Of a stretch of 64,000 bases of DNA, positions 9,947 through 20,187 are shown one piece after another; position 1 is the first letter of the stretch; each line of letters starts with the position of its first letter. Source of the DNA: an uncultured Acidobacteriota bacterium (GTDB lineage Bacteria; Acidobacteriota; Terriglobia; UBA7540); the NCBI GenBank assembly GCA_963804995.1, contig CAWDSK010000003.1, positions 480,001 to 544,000 of the forward strand. Direction: 5' to 3'. Below the pieces are notes generated by a model. It saw nothing but the letters and a program-made list of their open reading frames with translations. It was not told the origin of the DNA and searched no databases. Both the position numbers and the translations under genes were made by a program.

Positions 9947-10676
9947 GTGTTCCGAGGTCCTTTTCCAGCTCCGCCAGAATTATCCGGGCCGCTTCCTGTT
10001 CGCCAACCTTCTTGCTTCCGCCGCGCCCGCGGGCTACGCGATCGCCTCCTGCCACCACTTCCACCGTAAAGGTCTTCTGGTGTTCCGGCCCCGACTCCTC
10101 GACCACGCGGTATTCGGCCGCAGGCAGGCGGGCCGCCTGCAGACACTCTTGCAGGGCCGACTTATAATCGATCGGGAAGAGTTCCTGCGCGCCGGCCTCA
10201 AGATCGTCAGGAATAATGAAGCGTGCAATGAACTGGCGGGCCGCCTCAATGCCCCCGTCGCGGTAAAGCGCTGCGATCAGAGCTTCCAGCGCATTGACCA
10301 GAAGTGCCGGCTTGTTCCGGCCCCCGGTCTTCTCTTCGCCGCGTCCCAAGCGCAGGTGCTCCCCCAATCCCATGCGGTTCGCCACGTCGTGCAAGTGGGG
10401 AGCCGCCACCAGATGGGAACGCGCCCGCGTCAGTTGGCCTTCCTCCCAATCCGGAAAAGTATCCGCCAGTATCACGCTGACCACAAAGGTCAGGACCGCA
10501 TCGCCCAGGAATTCAAACTGCTCGTTGTCGCGAGGGCAGTCAGATGACTCTTGCGCAAACGAGGCGTGCGTCAAGGCTTCCAGGAGGAATTGAAGGTTCC
10601 CAAACCGATGGCCGATCGAGGCCTGAAATTGTTCGAGCGTGTTTTCCGCCATGCTCTCCGTGCGCTGCTCTGCCAC
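9939..10676 (-). CDS. rnc: Ribonuclease III (alternative ATG 10652)
   Basis: ALTHAS, NEQFEFLGDAVL, dsRBD DYKSALQE...GPEH.K.F. Confidence 0.95.
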   Translation of the reverse strand: MAEQRTESMAENTLEQFQASIGHRFGNLQFLLEALTHASFAQESSDCPRDNEQFEFLGDAVLTFVVSVILADTFPDWEEGQLTRARSHLVAAPHLHDVANRMGLGEHLRLGRGEEKTGGRNKPALLVNALEALIAALYRDGGIEAARQFIARFIIPDDLEAGAQELFPIDYKSALQECLQAARLPAAEYRVVEESGPEHQKTFTVEVVAGGDRVARGRGGSKKVGEQEAARIILAELEKDLGTHG

Positions 10677-10833
10677 TTAGGGACCACAAACCACGCCGCC
10701 CCAACGTGCTCCTGGAATAGTCGGCAATCCCTGGCAGGAATCCATTTCCAGGTCCGTGGCCCCTTTACGCGGCCGTGGGGGGACGGCTTGCCGTACCCCT
10801 ACGACCAGGGCGGTGGAACTCCGTCGCGAAGCA

Positions 10834-11856
10834 CTAGGGCTTGGCTTGCGTCTTCAGCTTTTTCAGAGCTTCGATTTGCTGATCGGAATACTGCTTGATG
10901 GCCGTGCCCTGCCCTAACTCGCCGGCCTTGGTAAAGGCTTCGATGGCTTGATCCAGCTTGCCATCCATTTTATAGGTTTCGCCCATCCGGTAGTAGTCCC
11001 GCGGATCCGGGTGCTCCGTGAGGGTTACGGCCTTGGTGTATGCCTGTTCCGCCTTGGCCAATTCATCCTTATCGATTCCCGTCAGACCCAACTGCGCCTT
11101 CTGCAAGTGGATCATGCCGAGGCCCGAATCGACAGTAGCCATGTATTCGTTCTTGCGCTTGGCCAAGTCCGCATCCGACTCATTAGGTTGTTTCTTAAGG
11201 TCGTCGATCAGCTTTAGAGCATCCTGGGCATAACCCTCCGCCAGGGCCAAGTCCGCCTCGGGGTTCGTCCTCTTGCCCAGGTATTGGGGTTGAGGTATCA
11301 TGGTGCTGATCATAATCAAAGTCATCAAATTGTCTTTCTTCAGATTCAAGCTCTTCTTGCAGATATCCACGACCTTCGCCGCGTCGTTCTTCTGCTGGTA
11401 AGCATTCGCCTCGAGGGCGTAGGCATAACTGAGCGCCGGACTGTTGGGATATTTCGTAGCGAAGTCCTCGACCAGAGTGATAGTTCGGGCGGGATCCAGT
11501 TCGTTCCGGATCGCCGAAAAGTCCTTGCCCTCGTCGGCAGTAAGCACCATCCCTCCCGCCGCAACGATTCCGGCCGCCTTGGCGTTGGCACGGGCCTTCG
11601 GACCGGCGCCGCTAACCGCCTGCACTACCGCATCCGTAGCCTTGGCCTTGCGCAGGTCCTTCTCAATATCGGGGGTCATGTCGAAATCCACTCCGCGCTG
11701 GCCGACATCTTTAATAACCTGGTCAGCCCCCTGGCTCTTCAGCTCTTTGGTCACTTCCTTTTGCGTCATCGGCACGGGCGCGCTCGGGGTCTGGGCAAAT
11801 ACCAGACTCGTGAGAACCAGCGCCACTACAATTAAAAGGGTAGATTTGATTTTCAT
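10834..11856 (-). CDS. Secreted TPR-repeat protein
   Basis: Signal peptide after AGGAG RBS; helical TPR-like repeats. Confidence 0.75.
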   Translation of the reverse strand: MKIKSTLLIVVALVLTSLVFAQTPSAPVPMTQKEVTKELKSQGADQVIKDVGQRGVDFDMTPDIEKDLRKAKATDAVVQAVSGAGPKARANAKAAGIVAAGGMVLTADEGKDFSAIRNELDPARTITLVEDFATKYPNSPALSYAYALEANAYQQKNDAAKVVDICKKSLNLKKDNLMTLIMISTMIPQPQYLGKRTNPEADLALAEGYAQDALKLIDDLKKQPNESDADLAKRKNEYMATVDSGLGMIHLQKAQLGLTGIDKDELAKAEQAYTKAVTLTEHPDPRDYYRMGETYKMDGKLDQAIEAFTKAGELGQGTAIKQYSDQQIEALKKLKTQAKP

Positions 11857-12060
11857 GTTCGTTTTTTGCTCTCCTGAATATGGCAATTACTCTAATGAAT
11901 GATTCGTGTTCAAACCCCTGAGCCTACAGGAAAGGATCCCCCCTGTCAATCAAGGTGGGTGAGGCGGGTGCGCGACATAAATGTAACGCTCTGGGCTGGC
12001 TCTTTTTTTGTCGCTTATATCCTAACGTATATGATACGTTAGGATAGAGGAGGCCTTAAC

Positions 12061-12465
12061 ATGCCCCAATCCCTTAACGTCCTGGAGAACCAACGGGCGG
12101 AGTTGATCCGCCAGATCGCCCAACTGGGTGACCTCCGCAGTGGTTCGATCACCAGCATTACCGCCCGCTGCGGCAAGTCCAACTGTCACTGTCATCAGCC
12201 CCATCATCCCGGCCACGGCCCTAACTTCCGGCTCACTTACAAGGTGCAGGGCCGGACCGTCAGCGAAACCTTCCCCAGCCCTGCCGCCCGGCACCAGGCG
12301 GAACGACAGATTGCCGAGTTCCGCAGGTTTCAACAACTGCGCCGGGCCTTCGTGGAGGTGAACGAAAAAATCTGCCGTCAGCGCCCCCTCCCCCAGGAGG
12401 CCGAAGCGGCGGAGCAGGAAAAAAAACGGCGGAAGCCATTCAGCGGGAAGTGGCGCGAGAAGTAG
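12061..12465 (+). CDS. IS-associated ORF A (DUF6788-like, CGKxxCxC)
   Basis: GSI...RCGKSNCHC...GHGP motif; lies inside the TIRs. Confidence 0.75.
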   Translation: MPQSLNVLENQRAELIRQIAQLGDLRSGSITSITARCGKSNCHCHQPHHPGHGPNFRLTYKVQGRTVSETFPSPAARHQAERQIAEFRRFQQLRRAFVEVNEKICRQRPLPQEAEAAEQEKKRRKPFSGKWREK

Positions 12466-13778
12466 AGTCCCTGCTGGCGGTGATCTTTGCTGGGCGGCGC
12501 AAGTCCGGGACGCTGGATTTGGAAGCCGTCGAGATGGCCACACGCGCGGCCATGCACCGGGCGGGGGCGGCGGTGCTGGAGGAGTTGCTGGCCGCCCCGG
12601 ACGAGTGCCCTCGCCAAGTTCCCTGCGGCTGTGGTCGGGGGGCACCCTACCGCGGCAGGCGTCGGAAGCAACTGCTGACCGTGCTGGGGCGGGTCGAGAC
12701 CGAGCGTCCCTATTACGTTTGTCCGGCCTGTCACCGGGGACAGAGTCCCCGCGATCAGGAACTGGATGTGGAGGGCACGGAATATTCTCCTGGGGTGCGA
12801 CGGATGATGGCGGTGGTGGGCAGCGAAACCTCCTTTGCGCTCGGTCGAGAACAACTGCAACTGCTGGCCGGGTTGGAGGTGACCACCAAGGCCGTGGAAC
12901 GGCAGGCAGAGGCTCTGGGCGCCGAGATTGCTGCCCAGGAACAAGCCTCGATCCAGCAAGGCCTGCAACGGAACTTGCCGCAGGTGAGGGGACCGGAAAT
13001 TCCGGTACTCTATGTGGAGATGGATGGGACGGGAGTACCGGTGGTGAGTTCGGAAACCGAGGGTCGAGCGGGGAAACAGAGCGAGCAAGCGCGCCCGCGG
13101 GAAGTGAAATTAGGTTGTGTCTTCGCCCAGACAACACGGGATGCCCGGGGCCGACCGGCGCGCGAAGAAGGCTCCACCACCTACACGGGAGGCATCGAAA
13201 CGGCCGAGGTTTTTGGGCGACGCATCTACCTCGAAGCATATCGTCGGGGCTGGAACCGGGCCCAAAAGAAAGTGGTGATCGGCGATGGTGCTCCTTGGAT
13301 TTGGAACCTCACCGCCGAGCACTTTCCGGGAGCCATTCAGATTGTGGATCTTTATCATGCCCGACAGCACTTAGGGGAGCTGTCGGGCCAGCTCTGGCCC
13401 ACCGACGAGCGCCACCGCCGAAGGTGGACCAGAAAACGGGAGGAGAAGTTGGAGAGCGGGCGGATCGAATCCCTAGTGCGCGATTTGCGCTCGCTGTTCC
13501 CAGCCACGCCCGAAGCCGCCGAACTCTTGCGCCACGCGGCAGATTATTTTACCGTCAACGCCCAACGGATGCGCTATCCGACCTTTCGGCGTCAGCATCT
13601 GTTCGTAGGTTCCGGGGTCGTCGAAGCCGGCTGCAAAACCCTCATCGGCACTCGGCTGAAGCGCTCCGGTATGTTCTGGAGGGTCCGCGGGGCCAATGCC
13701 ATCATCGCCCTTCGCTGCCATCGCTTGAGCGGCAAATTCGAGGATTACTGGGAGAACCGTCGCCCCCGCGCGGCCTGA
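12450..13778 (+). CDS. ISKra4 family transposase
   Basis: DGTGVP, REVKLG, GDGAPWIW, DLYHA, GSGVVEAGCK, RLKRSGMFW motifs. Confidence 0.9.
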   Translation: MAREVESLLAVIFAGRRKSGTLDLEAVEMATRAAMHRAGAAVLEELLAAPDECPRQVPCGCGRGAPYRGRRRKQLLTVLGRVETERPYYVCPACHRGQSPRDQELDVEGTEYSPGVRRMMAVVGSETSFALGREQLQLLAGLEVTTKAVERQAEALGAEIAAQEQASIQQGLQRNLPQVRGPEIPVLYVEMDGTGVPVVSSETEGRAGKQSEQARPREVKLGCVFAQTTRDARGRPAREEGSTTYTGGIETAEVFGRRIYLEAYRRGWNRAQKKVVIGDGAPWIWNLTAEHFPGAIQIVDLYHARQHLGELSGQLWPTDERHRRRWTRKREEKLESGRIESLVRDLRSLFPATPEAAELLRHAADYFTVNAQRMRYPTFRRQHLFVGSGVVEAGCKTLIGTRLKRSGMFWRVRGANAIIALRCHRLSGKFEDYWENRRPRAA

Positions 13779-13811
13779 CCCACACAGATTTGTCGCACAC
13801 CCGGGTGAGGC

Positions 13812-15103
13812 GGGGTCGTCAAGTTCTTTGTGTAAAAAGCTCCAGGGTGTGGTTTTGCCAATCTTCGTTGAAGCGGTTGAAGATCGCATAGATGATCCGG
13901 TCGACGCTCTGTGTGTTCGTAAACACGACGATGGGTCGAGTTCGACGCCTTACCTCCACGAAGCAGCGCTCGATAGCGTTGGTGGTGCGCAGCTTCTTCC
14001 AGAGGTGCTTGGGAAAGTTAAAGAAGGTGAGCAGTTCGGGCAGATCCTTCTGCAAGCTTTTGACCACGCGGGGATAGAGCGACTGCCAGTGGCGCTGGAA
14101 GCAGCGGAAGGCTTGGCGGGCCTCGGCCAAATGGAGCGCCTGATAGATTCTCTGGGCGTCCTGCTTGACCCGATCATGATCACGCCGCCGCACCGCCTCG
14201 CCGATATTCCGCATCTTGTGGACCCAGCAGCGCTGATGGGGCGCGGCCCCGTAGACGGTCTGCAGGGCCGCGGCCAGGCCGGCGCAGCCGTCGGTAATGA
14301 TCAGTTGGAGCTGATGGCCCTTTAAGCCGCGCTGAAACAGGTTTTGCAACATTCCCTCCCACGCCGCCTGGCTCTCGCCCCGGGCGCGCACGAAGGCCAG
14401 CAGTCGTCGCTCGCCGTTGGGTCGAATGCCGTAAGCAACCAGCAAGAGCACACGCTGCGGCCCGAAGCTCCGGCGCACCTTCATCCAGACGCCGTCCAGC
14501 AGCAGGTAAGCCCAATCGTCTTCTAACGCCGCCTCCTGAAAGGCGCGCACCTGGGCGTCCAGCACCCGCGTCAGGCGCGAGACCGTTTGCGCGCTGATCG
14601 GCTCGCCCGTCACCAACGCTACCACCCGACCCACCGCCCGCGTCGGGATCCCCCGCAAAAAGGCTTGCCGAATCAGTTCCGCCACCTCCGGCGCCCGCCG
14701 CTCAAAGGCGCCCAACACGCGGGGCAGAAACGAGCGGAAGCGCGTGCGCCGAACTCGAAAGCGGATGATTCCCCAAGGCGTCGCGTAGTCCCGTTCGTAG
14801 CAACCATTGCGACTGTCCACCCGTGGCTCATCCTCCGCCGCCCGCTCGTACCAGTGCAGCCCCAGGTACTCTTCCATCCGTTGTTCCGAGTCCACCTCCA
14901 GCATCTCTTTCACCGTCTGCTGGACCTGCCCCTGCAGGTCCCCCCAGAAACTCTCCTTCAGCTCTTGCACAAAGCCGGCGAACTGTTTCGTGCTATAGTC
15001 CCTTTTCATCAGGGGTGTAGGCCTCCGTTTCTTGGAGATTTTGTTGCTCGCACAACAAAACCTACACCCTCTCGCTTTTTACACAGAAGAAGTCAGACAC
15101 CCC
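13812..15103 (-). mobile_element. IS256 family insertion sequence
   Basis: Imperfect TIRs GGGGTCGTCAAGTTCTTTGTGTAAAAAG and CTTTTTACACAGAAGAAGTCAGACACCCC; no flanking direct repeat. Confidence 0.85.
13819..15009 (-). CDS. IS256 family (Mutator-like) transposase
   Basis: RNG, LLLDG, ITDG..GL, QRCWVHK.RN, RTTNAIER...EVRRR motifs. Confidence 0.92.
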   Translation of the reverse strand: MKRDYSTKQFAGFVQELKESFWGDLQGQVQQTVKEMLEVDSEQRMEEYLGLHWYERAAEDEPRVDSRNGCYERDYATPWGIIRFRVRRTRFRSFLPRVLGAFERRAPEVAELIRQAFLRGIPTRAVGRVVALVTGEPISAQTVSRLTRVLDAQVRAFQEAALEDDWAYLLLDGVWMKVRRSFGPQRVLLLVAYGIRPNGERRLLAFVRARGESQAAWEGMLQNLFQRGLKGHQLQLIITDGCAGLAAALQTVYGAAPHQRCWVHKMRNIGEAVRRRDHDRVKQDAQRIYQALHLAEARQAFRCFQRHWQSLYPRVVKSLQKDLPELLTFFNFPKHLWKKLRTTNAIERCFVEVRRRTRPIVVFTNTQSVDRIIYAIFNRFNEDWQNHTLELFTQRT

Positions 15104-15727
15104 CCACAAAGCGGGTGGCTTGATGAGTGGGGCCGCCTCAAAGGCGGCCACCCGTTAGTTTAGGCGTCGCGCCGAGGCGCGCCTTGGTCATGCATTCAAA
15201 ACTGTCCGCCGCTTCCATCCGCTTCTTCCTGTTCGCGGATGTACTGGCGGACTTGTTCCAACTCGAACCCGACCGTGGACACGGCGTAACCACGGGCCCA
15301 GAGATGTCCTCCCGTGAAGTTTCGCTCCTTGCCGCACAGTCGGGCTACGGCGATAGCGCTCTTCCCCTGGAGAAACCCGATCACTGAGGCCACCGGGTGC
15401 TTGGGGGGAATCGCGATACACATATGCACGTGATCCGGCATCAGATGTCCATCCAAAATCTGGCACTCTTTCTGCCGGGCCAAAGCGTGGAAGATTTCTC
15501 CCAAGTGCCGGCGCGTCTTTCCGAACAGCACCTTGCGTCGTCGCTTGGGAACGAACACGACATGGTATTTGCAGTCCCATCTTGAATGGGATAGGCTCTG
15601 ATAAAGGTCTGACATAACATCCTCCTTTGGGATGGGTTCTCATCAAGCCACCTTGGAGGAGGATGTTACTCTGCTCAACGGTCAAACCTCTTCGAGTCTC
15701 ACTGGTCGAACCAGTGGCTTACGTCAG
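15104..15727 (-). mobile_element. IS200-type element (tnpA only), 3' end interrupted by IS256
   Basis: Subterminal hairpins CACTGGT-CGA-ACCAGTG (15700-15716) and GGCCGCCT-CAA-AGGCGGCC; ends approximate. Confidence 0.75.
15196..15615 (-). CDS. tnpA: IS200/IS605 family Y1 transposase
   Basis: YHVVFVPK.RR, HUH motif DHVHM, LWARGY.VSTVG, YIREQ. Confidence 0.92.
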   Translation of the reverse strand: MSDLYQSLSHSRWDCKYHVVFVPKRRRKVLFGKTRRHLGEIFHALARQKECQILDGHLMPDHVHMCIAIPPKHPVASVIGFLQGKSAIAVARLCGKERNFTGGHLWARGYAVSTVGFELEQVRQYIREQEEADGSGGQF

Positions 15728-15966
15728 GGACAGTTACGTCACCTGCTGGGCTGCGTTGAATTCGCGGGCGTCGCATTCCTTATGCTTTACCCCCGTAGAG
15801 ACTCCTCACCCCCACCGCGCAAAACGTGGGGCACCCTTCCCGCGTCCCGATAAATTGTATCGGGACCGCGGTCCACCCTCTCCCCAGCAGAGAGGGCGGG
15901 TCGGAATTTTTCACCACCGATGTGGAAGGGCGGAACTAAGCACGCTGCGGAAAACCGCAAGGCGGA

Positions 15967-18129
15967 TTATTTCACCCGCACCGACACCGTGTTCGAGTAG
16001 GCCGATACCGTAGTGGCGTTGTAAGCCTGGACGCGATAGAGGTAGGTGCCGCTGCTGACGTGATCGGTAAAGGTTTTCACGTTGCCCGCTACGTTTCCTA
16101 CCGTCGCGAAGCTGGTGGAACCGGAGGGCGCCCGTTGAATGGTGAACCCCGTTTGTTTGGTGGAGTTGTCGGTCCACTTGAGCGTCGCCGAGCCTTTACC
16201 GCCTGTCCCGGTCAGATTCGACGGGGCAGTGAGGGTGGCACTGGGGCTGACGGTGATCGCCACCTGGGCCGTGCCCGTGGCGCCGAAGTTGTCCGTCACG
16301 GTCAGGACCGCGGTAAAGTTGCCGGCGTTCTGATAGACATGCGCGGGCGAAGGGCTGGTGCTCGGTTGGGAACCGTCGCCAAAGTTCCAGCTATAGGAAA
16401 CGATGGTGCCGTCCGGGTCGCTCGATCCGCCCGAGCTGAAGTTGACCGTAAGCGGCGCGGTGCCGGAAGTTGGATTCGCGGAGGCCTTGGCGGTCGGAGG
16501 CGTGTGGGGCGCTCCCATCGGCAGCACCAGCAGCGTGATGCTCTGGGCGGGCGCGGTGAAGCCGACCGTCGAACCGCTGAAGTTCAAATCCGTCAGCCGC
16601 GTGATGGCATTGGCCGAGGTCAACTGATAGACCTGTGCGGTGCCGTTGCTGCTGAAGTTGTTGAGCGCGATCGAAACTGGCGTAGTGCCGGAAAGATACT
16701 TGCAGATGACCACCACCGTGAGCGCGCTGTCCGAAATGCGCTGGGCCGCGAACACCGAAACGTTGTCGGGATTCGGCCCGCTCGCCGAGACGCTGGTGTC
16801 GCCGAACGTGGAGAGATTCCCGTCGTAATTGCGATAGATCTTGATGGCTTTGTAGGTGGGGGTGGAGGCATCGGGCGTGGTCCAGCGCGCCGCCAGGTCC
16901 AGGCCTTCGCGCCCAAAGATGCCCAGGATGTCAGCTTGCGCGGTGGCGCCATTGATGTAAGGTTCAGCCCCCCAGTTGTATTCCGTGATGCCGAGGGGCG
17001 TGCCCGTATAGTAGTAGGTGTTCACCCAGGTGCGCATCCGCGGGATCAGCATAACGGTGCTGTTGATCCAGGATTGGTCCACGTAGTTGGGATCCCACAG
17101 CGAACGCGTGGATTGGTTGCGCAGCAGCTCCGTCGAGGTGCTGACGTCGTTGCTGAACTCCCCGCCTTGCGGGTAGTAGTGCACGGTAAAGACATCCAGT
17201 AAGTGGCGTCCATCACTCTTCAACTGGCCCAACAGCCAAGGCAGGTAATCGGCGCCTCCATGTGCGGTACGGTCGGGCAGGTAGCTCCAACCGTGCAGGC
17301 CGCCGTACTGCTGGTCGTAGCCGCTATAAAAGTAGCCGCTCCAACCCCACTCTTCGGGACCGACGATGAGGGCGCCGGGATCGGTGGCGCGGATCATGGC
17401 GGCGTAGTTCTGGATGCGGCCCAAGACCTCGCTCATCGTTGCGCCCACCGGATGCACGTCACGATGCGTGGAGAACCAGATGCTGTGCTCGTTATCCAGA
17501 ATGTAGTAGCGCGGCGCGGTGCTGCTGGCCAGGCCCCAATCATTCACCATCTCCTGTATCCACTGCTGCTGGATCGTAGAAGTGTTGGCCACGTTGGCAT
17601 CATTGGGGTCGTTGTTCTGCACATACTGGTTGGTGGATTGCAAAATGCCGTTGCCCGCGTCGGGAAACCACTGGGCGTCGTTGCCCGTCTGCGCGCCATA
17701 CTTGGCTTGGGAAAAGCTGGCGAGCTTCGCGCGGTTGGGGCCGAGCTTGCCTATCCAGTCAAGCATGGGAATGGTGATCATGGCCCGCGCGCCGGCTGCC
17801 TGGGTGGTGGATATGAAGGTGTCGCCGCGTTCGCCCGGCACGCTGCTGGCGTCTCCGATACTCTCAAAGTACCAGTCATTGTCGCGGTTGTCGGCGTTGA
17901 TCTGCCAGTTGTAGCGGCTGGCGTTGTTGCCTCCATAACGGTTCAGCGTGACGTTAAGGTCTGAAAGCTGCGCCGTGGTGCCGTAGGCGACGCCATAGAC
18001 TCGCGGATCAATGGCATGGCGGTTGGCATTGGCATCCACCGTGATGCTTGCCGTGGGGTTCTGCGCCAAGGCAGCCACGCAGAAAGAGAGCGTGAGGATC
18101 GAGGCCCGATACGCAGATGCGCGCTTCAT
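15967..18129 (-). CDS. Glycoside hydrolase family 44 endoglucanase with PKD and FN3 domains
   Basis: RYGGN..SRYNW, LDNE..IW..THRDVHP, ITEYNWG; PKD SSDPDG.IVSYSWNFGDG; C-terminal FN3. Confidence 0.85.
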   Translation of the reverse strand: MKRASAYRASILTLSFCVAALAQNPTASITVDANANRHAIDPRVYGVAYGTTAQLSDLNVTLNRYGGNNASRYNWQINADNRDNDWYFESIGDASSVPGERGDTFISTTQAAGARAMITIPMLDWIGKLGPNRAKLASFSQAKYGAQTGNDAQWFPDAGNGILQSTNQYVQNNDPNDANVANTSTIQQQWIQEMVNDWGLASSTAPRYYILDNEHSIWFSTHRDVHPVGATMSEVLGRIQNYAAMIRATDPGALIVGPEEWGWSGYFYSGYDQQYGGLHGWSYLPDRTAHGGADYLPWLLGQLKSDGRHLLDVFTVHYYPQGGEFSNDVSTSTELLRNQSTRSLWDPNYVDQSWINSTVMLIPRMRTWVNTYYYTGTPLGITEYNWGAEPYINGATAQADILGIFGREGLDLAARWTTPDASTPTYKAIKIYRNYDGNLSTFGDTSVSASGPNPDNVSVFAAQRISDSALTVVVICKYLSGTTPVSIALNNFSSNGTAQVYQLTSANAITRLTDLNFSGSTVGFTAPAQSITLLVLPMGAPHTPPTAKASANPTSGTAPLTVNFSSGGSSDPDGTIVSYSWNFGDGSQPSTSPSPAHVYQNAGNFTAVLTVTDNFGATGTAQVAITVSPSATLTAPSNLTGTGGKGSATLKWTDNSTKQTGFTIQRAPSGSTSFATVGNVAGNVKTFTDHVSSGTYLYRVQAYNATTVSAYSNTVSVRVK

Positions 18130-18211
18130 GATGAAACCTCTAAATTTAAGTTTGGGGCTGAGGGCAGTTGAAATCCTACACCAATTCTGGTCCAAATTAG
18201 ATTAATTTTTG

Positions 18212-18312
18212 GTAGTGTCTCAGTTTGATGATGTAGCGGCGAGTTCACCTCGCCAAATGGCAGCGTCTCGATCAGATCGGGATGAATGCCGCCGCCTCTC
18301 CGTCAAACTGGG
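18212..18312. repeat. Degenerate copy of the CAGTTTGA-TIR/REP element
   Basis: CAGTTTGA...GTAGCGGCGAGTTCACCTCGCC...TCAAACTG, same layout as 14-113. Confidence 0.65.
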
Positions 18313-18691
18313 AAAATCGATTAAGCCTGGATACGCCGCTGTTTTCTGAGCGGAGTTTGAGCGATCGCCAAGCTGCGGTCGCGAAGCATTTCCAGAAGCT
18401 TGACCTTTTCGGAAAAGGAAAGCGCTTGGAGCCGTCGGCGCGTGGCTCGTTTGCTTTCCAAAACTTTACGCAGCCAATCGCTCATGGATTACCTCGCCCC
18501 GATGGATCTGGACCTCGAAGGAATTTAACTCCAAATTGCTCCCATTTCTCAAGCAGTCCATGCCGCTGCAGGATGGGGTCGAGCCGGCTCGAGCTCCAGA
18601 ACTCCGGCTTCGACGAATTGCAGAATGCGGGCGAAATCAATCTTCGGTATTTGACCCGACCTCTCCGATTGAGATAAAGCAGGCAATTACT

Positions 18692-18928
18692 ATGAAGAAA
18701 GCGCACTACCACTTCAATAATGTTGTTCTCCGGCCCGAACCCGAGGGTGGATTTACTGCCCTGGTGCCCGCACTGCCCGGCTGCGTCACATACGGGCGGA
18801 CTCTTGTCGAAGCTAGAAAAATGGCCAAGGACGCTGTTTCCGGCTATATCGAGAGCCTCAGGAAGCACGGGGAGCCCATCCCCACCGACGAGGAGACCCT
18901 GGTGACCTCCCCCTACATCCCTCATTGA
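18692..18928 (+). CDS. hicB: HicB family antitoxin (orphan)
   Basis: EGGFTALVPALPGCVTYGRT..EA...A.DA...Y.E.L...GEPIP. Confidence 0.8.
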   Translation: MKKAHYHFNNVVLRPEPEGGFTALVPALPGCVTYGRTLVEARKMAKDAVSGYIESLRKHGEPIPTDEETLVTSPYIPH

Positions 18929-18946
18929 GCCACCGTTCGATTTCTG

Positions 18947-20107
18947 TTACCCGAGCTCAATAATCTCCATATTTCGATTCGAAAACATCTCAACTCCGGT
19001 GGCGGTTACACGCACTCCGTTTTCCCAGCGCAACCCGAAGTCCACGTCCTGAACGAACGTGTCCACCTGGAACGTCATGTTTTCCTCGAGCCGGTAGTGA
19101 GAAGTTACCTCCATCCAAGGCGGCTCAACTTCGATCATGCCCCAGCCGTGGCAGGGGCCGTAAAGGAAGTTCTTCTCATATCCCTTTTCGACAAAGAGCC
19201 GGTGATAGCGCTGGGCGATTTCGGCGGCTTCGACTCCGGCGCGCATCCATTGCATGGTCTGCCCATGGGCGAGCTTGCCGAATTCGACCAGTTCCCGCCT
19301 CTTCCCGGTCAATTTCCCCAGGCAAACCGGCCGCCCCACCCCGGAGGAATACCCGTCGACTCGCGCCGCAATGTTGAGCTGGACCAGGTCGCCCTTCTCC
19401 AGGCGCCGGTGACCGGGCCGGGAGATGGCGTGGTTCGAGTGCGTTCCGGAGAGCACATACTGCGGCATGCCTTCGTACTCCGCGCCGTGCGCATAAATAG
19501 CTTCTTGCGCAATCCCCACCACCTGCAGTTCGGTCATGCCGGGCTTGATGCGCGCGAGGATGGCGTCGATGGCCAGCTCGGCGATTCGACAAGCCTCCCG
19601 CAGGCACGCCAATTCCGCTTCCGATTTCACCGAGCGCATCCGGGTCATGAGGTGATCGGCCCGGACGATCGCGGCCGTGGGAAAATGCTGCTTCAGCCCG
19701 TCCAGGACCGGAAGGGTTGTGACCAGATAGCCCGCAATGCCGATGCGCTTGGGATCGGTCACCCCGACTTCCGCAAAGACATCACGGAAATTCGAAACTG
19801 TCACGCCCGGATAGGCCGGATCGGCCGATTCCCGGTACTCCACCATCTTCCGGATGCGCGGAATGCGGCTGGTATCTTGCGCGAAGGTCTCCGATTCCGG
19901 ACCGATCAGCAGAGTGGGGGGGCCTTGCCGCGGGATGACCACGCCCGCCGTCTCAAAGATGGGCCAATCGCTCAAGAAATAGCGGACATTGGCAAAATCC
20001 GCCTCGTTGGAATTAACCAGCAGAACGTCCAGATCCGTTTCGCGCAGGAGTTCCTGGACTCTCGCCAGACGCTTTCCGAATTCTTCAGAAGGGATATTTG
20101 CGGTCAT
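18947..20107 (-). CDS. M24 family Xaa-Pro peptidase-like protein
   Basis: Creatinase N-domain, R.VKS..E, CHG.G..EVEPP, RWEN; several canonical metal ligands look divergent. Confidence 0.8.
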   Translation of the reverse strand: MTANIPSEEFGKRLARVQELLRETDLDVLLVNSNEADFANVRYFLSDWPIFETAGVVIPRQGPPTLLIGPESETFAQDTSRIPRIRKMVEYRESADPAYPGVTVSNFRDVFAEVGVTDPKRIGIAGYLVTTLPVLDGLKQHFPTAAIVRADHLMTRMRSVKSEAELACLREACRIAELAIDAILARIKPGMTELQVVGIAQEAIYAHGAEYEGMPQYVLSGTHSNHAISRPGHRRLEKGDLVQLNIAARVDGYSSGVGRPVCLGKLTGKRRELVEFGKLAHGQTMQWMRAGVEAAEIAQRYHRLFVEKGYEKNFLYGPCHGWGMIEVEPPWMEVTSHYRLEENMTFQVDTFVQDVDFGLRWENGVRVTATGVEMFSNRNMEIIELG

Positions 20108-20187
20108 GGGTCCTCGCTTTGATTACCAAGTTATGATGAGCCGGGTTAACCCTGCTCAAAGTTGCTTCCTTTCGCCGGCAGCGCTGC

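Larger units (their letters stand above)
11966..13802 (+). mobile_element. ISKra4 family insertion sequence
   Basis: TIRs GGGTGCGCGACATAAATGT / ACAGATTTGTCGCACACCC; 9-bp direct repeat GGGTGAGGC at 11957-11965 and 13803-13811. Confidence 0.9.
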
